From: a virus
Lineage: Duplodnaviria; Caudoviricetes
Virus record (IMG/VR): IMGVR_UViG_3300048065_000485
Location: 1 to 53,076 of that record
Strand: one strand, 5' to 3'
Length of the DNA: 53,076 bases
Shown: positions 46,286 to 53,076 of the stretch, piece after piece
Layout: each line of letters begins with the position of its first letter
Numbering within the stretch: position 1 is the first letter of the stretch
Position numbers and translations under genes: made by a program
The notes under the pieces: generated by a model
What the model was told of the DNA's origin: nothing
The model's input: only the letters and a program-made list of their open reading frames with translations
The model's database searches: none

Positions 46286-46336
46286 AAAACTATTTAGTAT
46301 AAATATTGATAAATAGTACAATATAAAGAGTTTATT

Positions 46337-47140
46337 ATGAGCCAAAACGACCACAAATTATACTTATATGATAATAATATCGATTTAGTAATTGGTACGG
46401 ATGGACTATACGTGGATAACAGACCTATGAATAATAGAAAATTAATTGCCCATAAAGGGTTAACAAACGAATTGCTGTTCAGTATTAGGAACAGAGATAG
46501 AAAATTACAAAATGTTTTTAGTGATACCTTAAGTGCGTATCTTATAAATCCTACAACTAAAAGACGTTTGTTCTATAAACTTTTAGAGCATACTAGTAAT
46601 GTAGGTCAAGTTAAATTGGTCTTAGATGAGGGCGATTTAAGAAATGTCACAGCAGGATTATATAGAATTTACATAGCAAAACAGGATTCTTCAGGTACAG
46701 ACAAGCCTGTATATTCAGACCAGAATAACGGATTAGTTTTTGATATACAGATTACAGAACAAATAGATCAATCTCCAACACCAACTCAGAGTGCAAACAC
46801 ATTTTTACAAGTAGCATCTACTACAGATGGTGATCCAGCAAATGTTTTTACAACAAGTGCTTTTTCAGGTAATCAAGACAGAAACTTTCCAAATGCATTA
46901 CATACAATAGCAATCTACCCAGATGCATATACTGGAAATATTGATGTACAGGCAAGTCTAGTTGAAAGTGTACCCGATACGAATAATTTAAGTACAGATT
47001 GGGTAACACTTGAAAGTAATATTCCTGTAACAAGTAGTAGCAAAATAGTATCGAGAAACTATAACGTAAATGCAAACTGGATTAGAATTTTACATACTCC
47101 AACATCAGGTAATATAAGCCAAGTACAAGTCAGAAACTAG
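46337..47140 (+). CDS. Probable virion structural (beta-sandwich) protein
   Basis: Two late boxes upstream (46298-46305, 46308-46315); beta-rich S/T/N composition. Confidence 0.55.
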   Translation: MSQNDHKLYLYDNNIDLVIGTDGLYVDNRPMNNRKLIAHKGLTNELLFSIRNRDRKLQNVFSDTLSAYLINPTTKRRLFYKLLEHTSNVGQVKLVLDEGDLRNVTAGLYRIYIAKQDSSGTDKPVYSDQNNGLVFDIQITEQIDQSPTPTQSANTFLQVASTTDGDPANVFTTSAFSGNQDRNFPNALHTIAIYPDAYTGNIDVQASLVESVPDTNNLSTDWVTLESNIPVTSSSKIVSRNYNVNANWIRILHTPTSGNISQVQVRN

Positions 47141-47169
47141 TTGACTTTTAACATTATATCCTGTATAAT
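47141..47169 (+). promoter_or_regulatory. Sigma70-type promoter of the primase operon
   Basis: TTGACT, 17-nt spacer, TATAAT, 6 nt before ATG. Confidence 0.75.
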
Positions 47170-47175
47170 AATACT

Positions 47176-48153
47176 ATGGATATAGACTTTTTAGTTGAGA
47201 GTGTACACCGCCTCCTTTTAGATAATTTACCAGTTAGAACAGGTAAAACACCTAGTGGCTGGAACACAATGGATTGTCCAATGTGTAGTGATAAAAGAAA
47301 ACGAGGCGGATTAATAACTACCGGCGCAAAAATATCCTATAACTGTTTTAATTGTGGCTTTACTACTGGTTGGGAACCTAACCCTACCTTAGGCAAAAAG
47401 TATAAAGACTTAGCAACCAGATTAGGTGCAACAGACGAAGATGTACATAAAGTCACAATTGAACTTTTAAAATATACAGAAGAATTAGAAACAGAAAATA
47501 CATCAGACTATGTATATTCTATAGCAAAATTTAATACAATAGATTTACCAGACAATGTTGTTACTGTAGATGATTTAAATGATGATCATACTATTAAACA
47601 ATATGCAGAACAAAGAGGACTACTTGGTCTATATCCACTGCTATACTTTAATGAAAAGTTGTACAAGCAGAGATTAGTAGTCCCCTTTACCTATAACGGT
47701 GAACTAGTTGGCTGGACAGCAAGGCATATTAATCCGCCTGATAAAACAACGCCTAAATATTTACATAATATGCAATCAGGATATGTTTTTAATGTAGATA
47801 AGTTCGCAGATACAGAAAGAGAAATTGTTATAGTGACAGAAGGTGTATTTGATGCTATAATGATTGATGGAATAGCAATACAGGGTAATAGTGTTGGTCC
47901 TGAGCAGGCACATCTAATAGAAAAATTAGGTAAAAGAATAATTGTATGTCCTGATAGAGATGAAGCAGGTAAAGATTTGATTATGCAGGCCGCTGAACTA
48001 GGGTGGGAAGTAAGTTTCCCGCCTTGGCATGTGGATTGTAAAGATGCCGCAGATGCAGTTAATATGTATGGAAGATTAGCAACAGTGAGCAGTATAATAA
48101 AACATGCAACTAACAATAAACTTAAAATAGAAGTAAAGGCAAAAATGTTATGA
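47176..48153 (+). CDS. gp61: DNA primase (T4 gp61-like)
   Basis: CPMC...YNCFNCG zinc domain; TOPRIM EGVFDA, PDRDEAG, KDAAD. Confidence 0.9.
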   Translation: MDIDFLVESVHRLLLDNLPVRTGKTPSGWNTMDCPMCSDKRKRGGLITTGAKISYNCFNCGFTTGWEPNPTLGKKYKDLATRLGATDEDVHKVTIELLKYTEELETENTSDYVYSIAKFNTIDLPDNVVTVDDLNDDHTIKQYAEQRGLLGLYPLLYFNEKLYKQRLVVPFTYNGELVGWTARHINPPDKTTPKYLHNMQSGYVFNVDKFADTEREIVIVTEGVFDAIMIDGIAIQGNSVGPEQAHLIEKLGKRIIVCPDRDEAGKDLIMQAAELGWEVSFPPWHVDCKDAADAVNMYGRLATVSSIIKHATNNKLKIEVKAKML

Positions 48154-48308
48154 ACAAAAAGTTTAATCATTGGAAAAAAGTTTGCAAGTTACATTGGAAG
48201 GAAATTGTCACTATGTCTATAGCATTACATTGGATTGTAGACTTGTTAATTTTAGGACCAATAGTTTTCTTTTTAGGGTATATGTTTGGAGTACATGTAG
48301 GACATTAA
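48150..48308 (+). CDS. 52-aa His-rich membrane microprotein (absent from the ORF track)
   Basis: ATGA overlap with the primase stop; MNKKFNHWKKVCKLHWKEIVTMSIALHWIVDLLILGPIVFFLGYMFGVHVGH*; ends 1 nt before the next ATG. Confidence 0.7.
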   Translation: MNKKFNHWKKVCKLHWKEIVTMSIALHWIVDLLILGPIVFFLGYMFGVHVGH

Positions 48309-48309
48309 T

Positions 48310-49062
48310 ATGAAATTAATAGCAAATGGTTGTAGTTTTACTTTTGGGCATAAGGACTCTGAAAATAGTATGGCTCCAGATTGGGTATGGCCTAGTCGTT
48401 TTAACGGCACAAAAGGATTTACTGATGTTACTAATTTAGCAGTTGAAGGAGGCTCTAACGATAGAGTTGTTAGAACTACTATTGAATATTTTGAAAAAAA
48501 TAAAGGAATAGATTTGAACAATGTAGTATTAGTAGTACAACATCCTACGCCTAATAGGGGAGAATGGTTTAATATAGCAAATAAATTGTGGATAGGATAT
48601 GTAACAACAATGGAAGATGTATTATATGATATTAGTATTACAGATTATACAAAAAATGATTTAGATAAAATTCAAAATGATACTAAAACAGAACGAAAAG
48701 TATTTGAGCAGTATAAGTCGTTTGTAGAATCTGATATAACTGAAGTTATAAAATACTTTAAAAATATTATTTTATTGCAAACATATTGCAAACAAAAAGG
48801 AATTAAACTTTTACAAGTAGGATTATCAGCAAGATGCTTACCTAGATTTTACTTTAAAGAATCTAGGCAAAGTGTATCCAATAATATTTTTTGTAAAGAA
48901 TTATATAAAATGATAGACGAATCTATAATATGTGATAGATTTTTAACAGAAATAGTTAAAGGTAATGAAGAAAGTCCTGACGACGGTCATCCAAACGAAG
49001 TAGGACATGACATAATTTTTAGATATATATACAATGAGATAAAGAAAAGATGGCAGATATAA
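48310..49062 (+). CDS. SGNH/GDSL-like hydrolase or acyltransferase
   Basis: ANGCSFT.G, NLA..GGSN, DGHPN..GH. Confidence 0.7.
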   Translation: MKLIANGCSFTFGHKDSENSMAPDWVWPSRFNGTKGFTDVTNLAVEGGSNDRVVRTTIEYFEKNKGIDLNNVVLVVQHPTPNRGEWFNIANKLWIGYVTTMEDVLYDISITDYTKNDLDKIQNDTKTERKVFEQYKSFVESDITEVIKYFKNIILLQTYCKQKGIKLLQVGLSARCLPRFYFKESRQSVSNNIFCKELYKMIDESIICDRFLTEIVKGNEESPDDGHPNEVGHDIIFRYIYNEIKKRWQI

Positions 49063-50432
49063 AACAATATAACGAAGAAACACAAGAATTATTTTTAAGA
49101 TTCTTATTAAGTGACCCTGATCTATTTGCAAGGTGTCAAAATATTGTAAATCCTGTGTATTTTAATATGAAGTACAGGAAAGCAGTTGAATTATTTGTTT
49201 CTCATAGTACTGAATTTAATGCGATTCCTACACCAGAGCAAGTTAGTGCCGTATCTGGTGTGACTTTAGAGCCAATACCTAATGTAACTCCTGATCATCA
49301 TGAATGGTTTATGAATGAATTTGAAACATTTTGTAGGCATAAGGCATTAGAAAAAGCAATTATAGAAAGTACTGACTTGTTAGAAAATCAAGACTATGGT
49401 ACTGTGGAAAATAAAATTAAAGATGCAAGTCAAGTTGGTTTAGTAAAAGACTTGGGATTAGAATATTTTGAAAATCCTAAAGAAAGACTACAATGGATAA
49501 AAGATCAAGCAGGTGCAATTAGTACAGGTTGGAAAGGTATAGATCATAAACTATATGGTGGCATGAACAGAGGAGAGATGACAATCTTTGCTGGTGGTTC
49601 TGGTGCAGGTAAAAGTTTATTTTTACAAAACTTTGCAGTGAATTGGTCCCTTGCAGGTATGAATACTGTTTATATTAGTTTAGAGCTCAGTGAGCAACTT
49701 ATTAGTATGAGATTAGATAGTATGGTATCTGGTTATGGTACAAAAGAAGTTATGCGTAATATGGATGATGTAGATTTGAAGGTGCGTATGAAAGCCAAAG
49801 GTGCTGGTAAACTTAGAGTCAAGCAGATGCCTAACGGTGTTAATGCAAATGACATAAGAGTATTTTTGCGTGAATATGAAATATCTTGTGGTGAAAAAGT
49901 AGACTGTTTACTAGTAGATTATTTAGATTTGATGATGCCTATTAGTGCAAAAGTAAGTGGTAGCGATTTGTTTATTAAAGACAAATATGTATCTGAGGAG
50001 TTGCGTAATTTAGCAGTAGAAAGAGATTTATTATTTGTTACAGCATCGCAGTTAAACAGAGGTGCAGTAGAAGAAATAGAATTTGATCATCATCATATTG
50101 CAGGTGGTATTAGTAAAATACAAACAGCAGATAATGTTGTAGGTATATTCACAAGTAATGCTATGCGAGAAAAGGGTAGATATCAAATACAGTTTATGAA
50201 AACAAGAAGTAGTAGTGGTGTAGGCACAAAGGTAGATTTAAGATTTGACCCTGATACATTGCGTATTGAAGATTTACAAGAAGGCGATGAAGATGCAGAT
50301 ACAATTACAACAACTAGTTTAGTTGATCAACTAAAAAGAGGTAATTCTATAAAAGCAGAAGAGCCTGAGCAAAAGGACACTATAGGACAAGCCATGAACA
50401 TGCGTGAGTTCCTCAAAAAGAATGACTTATAA
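49050..50432 (+). CDS. gp41: Replicative DnaB-like helicase (T4 gp41-like)
   Basis: GGSGAGKS, SLELSE, VDYLDL, TASQLNR, MKTR. Confidence 0.93.
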   Translation: MADIKQYNEETQELFLRFLLSDPDLFARCQNIVNPVYFNMKYRKAVELFVSHSTEFNAIPTPEQVSAVSGVTLEPIPNVTPDHHEWFMNEFETFCRHKALEKAIIESTDLLENQDYGTVENKIKDASQVGLVKDLGLEYFENPKERLQWIKDQAGAISTGWKGIDHKLYGGMNRGEMTIFAGGSGAGKSLFLQNFAVNWSLAGMNTVYISLELSEQLISMRLDSMVSGYGTKEVMRNMDDVDLKVRMKAKGAGKLRVKQMPNGVNANDIRVFLREYEISCGEKVDCLLVDYLDLMMPISAKVSGSDLFIKDKYVSEELRNLAVERDLLFVTASQLNRGAVEEIEFDHHHIAGGISKIQTADNVVGIFTSNAMREKGRYQIQFMKTRSSSGVGTKVDLRFDPDTLRIEDLQEGDEDADTITTTSLVDQLKRGNSIKAEEPEQKDTIGQAMNMREFLKKNDL

Positions 50433-50468
50433 TGATAAATAGCATTATACAATATTTTTGGAGACATC

Positions 50469-50735
50469 ATGCCTAAGGCTAGAAGTATATTAGAAGAACT
50501 TAATCAAATTTCTGTTGATAGAGATAGAAATCATGTGACATCTAATAGAGGCGAACATGTAATTACTAGTGCAATTAATCTAATTGAACAAATAGAATTA
50601 CATTATGATGAAAAAACAGCAAAGGATTTGACTAATAGACTTATTAATAGTATAAGAGGCAAAGACGTTAAAAAATTCTCCAGAGGTATAAAGAAAGTTA
50701 TAAAAGAATCTCAAAGAGAAGACAATGCTGATTAA
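50469..50735 (+). CDS. Hypothetical late protein
   Basis: GGAG SD; GATAAATA at 50434-50441. Confidence 0.7.
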   Translation: MPKARSILEELNQISVDRDRNHVTSNRGEHVITSAINLIEQIELHYDEKTAKDLTNRLINSIRGKDVKKFSRGIKKVIKESQREDNAD

Positions 50736-51399
50736 AGAAGTAATTAATAATACTGCATATCCGTTAATAGAAGCAGACCTTTTAAAGGACAAACAAAAAG
50801 TTAACCATAACAATGTAGCATATGAATGGGACGAGACAAATCAAGTTTTTCTTGCGACAATTGATGGTGTAAAAACAGAAATTGAGCAAGGCTCAAGACT
50901 AGAATATGAGATACTTAAAACAGCAGGAGTTATAAGGTCTGGCGGCAAATTAGAACCAACATTGCTAACAAGATTTAAAGGTATGTTTAATAAAGGCCCA
51001 CTTGCAACTAAAAAGAAAGCACCTGGATTTTTAGGTAAACTGGGACAGGATATGGACTCTCAAACTGGTATAGGCAGAAAGTTTGGAGCGGGTATTGGAT
51101 CGGCGATAGGTCAAGGTATAGATAAAATGATGGGTACTCCCACAGAAAGGTATCCTAAAGGATTTTCAATGCATTTTATATCTAAAAAAGGCGAACCTGT
51201 TGATGTTTCACTAGAGCAAGAATATACAGATGTAGATTTTAAAAAAATGGCTAAGAAAAAAGAATTAGTTAAAGTTAGAACAGTCGATAGTAATAGAGTG
51301 TTTGGTGTAAGTGTTGAAAAACTACAAAAAGGATTTGCAACTCCTGATTCTCTTCAAAATAAAGACAATAATAAAAATAGTTCTGGCCTACTAAAATAA
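50725..51399 (+). CDS. Hypothetical basic protein, possible internal head protein
   Basis: LIKE and LIEA N-terminal sites; Gly-rich amphipathic segment. Confidence 0.6.
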   Translation: MLIKEVINNTAYPLIEADLLKDKQKVNHNNVAYEWDETNQVFLATIDGVKTEIEQGSRLEYEILKTAGVIRSGGKLEPTLLTRFKGMFNKGPLATKKKAPGFLGKLGQDMDSQTGIGRKFGAGIGSAIGQGIDKMMGTPTERYPKGFSMHFISKKGEPVDVSLEQEYTDVDFKKMAKKKELVKVRTVDSNRVFGVSVEKLQKGFATPDSLQNKDNNKNSSGLLK

Positions 51400-51403
51400 G
51401 GCA

Positions 51404-52660
51404 ATGAAATTTTTAGATATTTCAAGTAGTTTCGTAAAAGAAATTATATTAGAAGCAGAAAATAAAAATACTCACTTAGAGCATCTGGAAGACAATATTT
51501 TTAATAGAGGTTATCAGGGTGCCAAAGAAGCAATTAATTATCTATATAGTCTACACGAAATGCTAGAAGGAAATTCTGAAAGTCCAGTTAGTATGACGAC
51601 TAAGTGGGACGGAGCACCCGCCGTAATTGCTGGTAAAGATCCAGAAACAGGTAAATTTTTTGTGGGTACCAAGGGTGTATTTGCACAAAAACCTAAAATA
51701 AATTTCACAGATAAAGACATAGAAGAAAATCATCCTGCAGAAGGCTTACAGGAAAAATTAAAATTAGCATTAAGAACATTAAAAAATTTAAATTGGAATA
51801 CTGTAGCACAGGGCGATATGTTATTTTCCAAAGAAGATTTACAACAAACTAATATAGACGGAGAACAAGTATTAGTATTTAAGCCAAATACTATTGTTTA
51901 CGCAGTACCCACAAATAGTAATTTAGCAAAAGAAATTGCTAATGCTGATATAGGTATTGTTTGGCATACAGAGTATGTAGGAGGCCCTACACTAGCCGAT
52001 ACAAGAGCCAAATACGGTTTTGATAGTAGTGTACTAGGACAAAGTTCTAAAGTTTGGCATAGAGACGCCTTAATAAAAGACTTTTCAGGCGTAGTAACTT
52101 TAACAAATAATGAAAGCGAAGAAGTTATGGGTGCTATTAAAGAGGCAGATGCATATTTAAAAACAATAGATTCTGCAACATTTAGTTGGTTAGAGAAAGG
52201 TAACGATGTCATAGGTAAAGATTTCCTACAACAATTAAAAGCACATGTAAATAATAATATTAGAGCAGGGGCATTTGATGAGCCTACAAAATTTGCACAA
52301 GGATTTGTACAAAAATATATTACATTTATGCAGAAGAAAATAGACGGATATAAGACTCAGGCTAAGCAAGACGAAATGAATGATAAGTTAGTACAAGGCG
52401 TTAAGTTTATAAAAGAACATGTACCAAGTATTGTAAGTGTATATGATCTATATTTAAAAATTATACATTCAAAAGTTCTTATTGTTAAAAAATTAGAAAC
52501 AATTAGACAGTTACCTACATTTAAAGAAACTGAAAATGGATATGAGGTAACAGGCGAAGAAGGATTTGTTGCTGTAGACAGAATGGGCAACGCATTAAAA
52601 TTAGTAGATAGATTAGAGTTTAGTAGATTAAACTTTGGAACAGGAATGCCAGGAAAATGA
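51404..52660 (+). CDS. Protein with ATP-dependent ligase/nucleotidyltransferase-like motifs
   Basis: HLEHLED, TTKWDG (KxDG), QGD.LF, EGFV, KLVDR.EFS..NF. Confidence 0.55.
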   Translation: MKFLDISSSFVKEIILEAENKNTHLEHLEDNIFNRGYQGAKEAINYLYSLHEMLEGNSESPVSMTTKWDGAPAVIAGKDPETGKFFVGTKGVFAQKPKINFTDKDIEENHPAEGLQEKLKLALRTLKNLNWNTVAQGDMLFSKEDLQQTNIDGEQVLVFKPNTIVYAVPTNSNLAKEIANADIGIVWHTEYVGGPTLADTRAKYGFDSSVLGQSSKVWHRDALIKDFSGVVTLTNNESEEVMGAIKEADAYLKTIDSATFSWLEKGNDVIGKDFLQQLKAHVNNNIRAGAFDEPTKFAQGFVQKYITFMQKKIDGYKTQAKQDEMNDKLVQGVKFIKEHVPSIVSVYDLYLKIIHSKVLIVKKLETIRQLPTFKETENGYEVTGEEGFVAVDRMGNALKLVDRLEFSRLNFGTGMPGK

Positions 52661-53076
52661 AAGATATGACTACTAATGAAATGATAGCATACTTAGAAAA
52701 GGCTATGAAAGAGAAGCATCATCCAGATTGGCTTGGATGGGTAAGACAAAATAAAGTTTTTAAATTAAAAACCATTCCTATAAACTCTGTAGCACCAGCA
52801 GATGGTTGGGAGGGAGATCAAAATAATATAGATAATATGGTTAAAAGTGATTTAAGTAATGCTCCTACTATTGTGGTTCATAAAGATGGCACTATGATTG
52901 ATGGCAATCATAGACATCAAGCATTAAAGAAACAAGGTGCTCAAACAGTTAAAGCCTATGTAGGCGAAAGTAAAATGGACTTAAAATTAGTTAATCAAGA
53001 AATATCAGAAGCAAGGTTATACAGAACGACCAGAAACTTCGGTAATCTCACAGGGCAGGATGTAGCATCTTTATTT
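52657..53076 (+). CDS. ParB/Sulfiredoxin-like domain protein (runs off the window end)
   Basis: ATGA overlap; open frame to the window end; PTIVVHKDGTMIDGNHRHQAL motif. Confidence 0.7.
   Translation, partial: MKDMTTNEMIAYLEKAMKEKHHPDWLGWVRQNKVFKLKTIPINSVAPADGWEGDQNNIDNMVKSDLSNAPTIVVHKDGTMIDGNHRHQALKKQGAQTVKAYVGESKMDLKLVNQEISEARLYRTTRNFGNLTGQDVASLF

Noticed and set aside
27128-50432. Inteins or introns in terminase, UvsX, UvsW, primase or helicase
   Set aside because: Protein lengths are ordinary, motifs are contiguous, and no splice-junction or homing-endonuclease motifs were seen
4325-52590. Numerous 60-160 aa ORFs antisense or out of frame within long genes (for example 6729..7124, 18410..18814, 23551..23946, 47691..48170)
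   Set aside because: They lie within or across well-supported genes, have S/L/I/F-rich shadow composition and lack expression signals
1-53076. CRISPR array, rRNA, integrase or transposase
   Set aside because: No regularly spaced repeats, rRNA-like segments or recombinase/transposase motifs were seen by eye
1-53076. Stop-codon reassignment
   Set aside because: Core genes are full length in the standard code, TAA, TAG and TGA all terminate genes, and the tRNA is an ordinary Ser(GCT)
1-53076. Bacterial chromosome or prophage origin suggested by metK, apt, the cyclase and the receptor
   Set aside because: These genes are interleaved with T4-like core genes and share phage promoter motifs and composition; no host-type gene blocks or attachment sites were seen

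Overview
AT-rich, gene-dense 53 kb segment of a large T4-like myovirus genome, probably marine, read in the standard genetic code. The host is probably diderm, because the phage carries a lipoprotein, a curlin-like protein and a TonB-dependent receptor. Virion genes: gp13, gp14, gp15, gp18, gp19, gp4, gp17 and probable internal head proteins. Replication and recombination genes: gp32, UvsX, UvsY, UvsW, primase, gp41 helicase, an AAA ATPase and a 189-aa DnaE-like protein. Nucleotide and cofactor genes: dNMP kinase, NUDIX, two MazG-like proteins, MetK, APRT and an APS-kinase/nucleotidyltransferase fusion, plus tRNA-Ser(GCT). Five observations stand out. (1) A compact biosynthetic-type operon behind the tRNA: PLP enzyme, amidinotransferase, two 2OG-Fe-type oxygenases, NDP-sugar dehydratase and B12 radical SAM. 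(2) An apparently hidden programmed -1 frameshift (A_AAA_AAG plus a stem 6 nt downstream) that would extend a lipoprotein by 71 aa. (3) A cell-envelope signalling block: curlin-like protein, lipoprotein, secreted protein and an intact CHASE2 adenylate cyclase. (4) Ten genes with a T4-late-type TAAATA box exactly 5 nt before the start codon, implying leaderless late mRNAs. (5) A phage-encoded TonB-dependent receptor. All calls come from motif recognition by eye; no database search or folding program was run.
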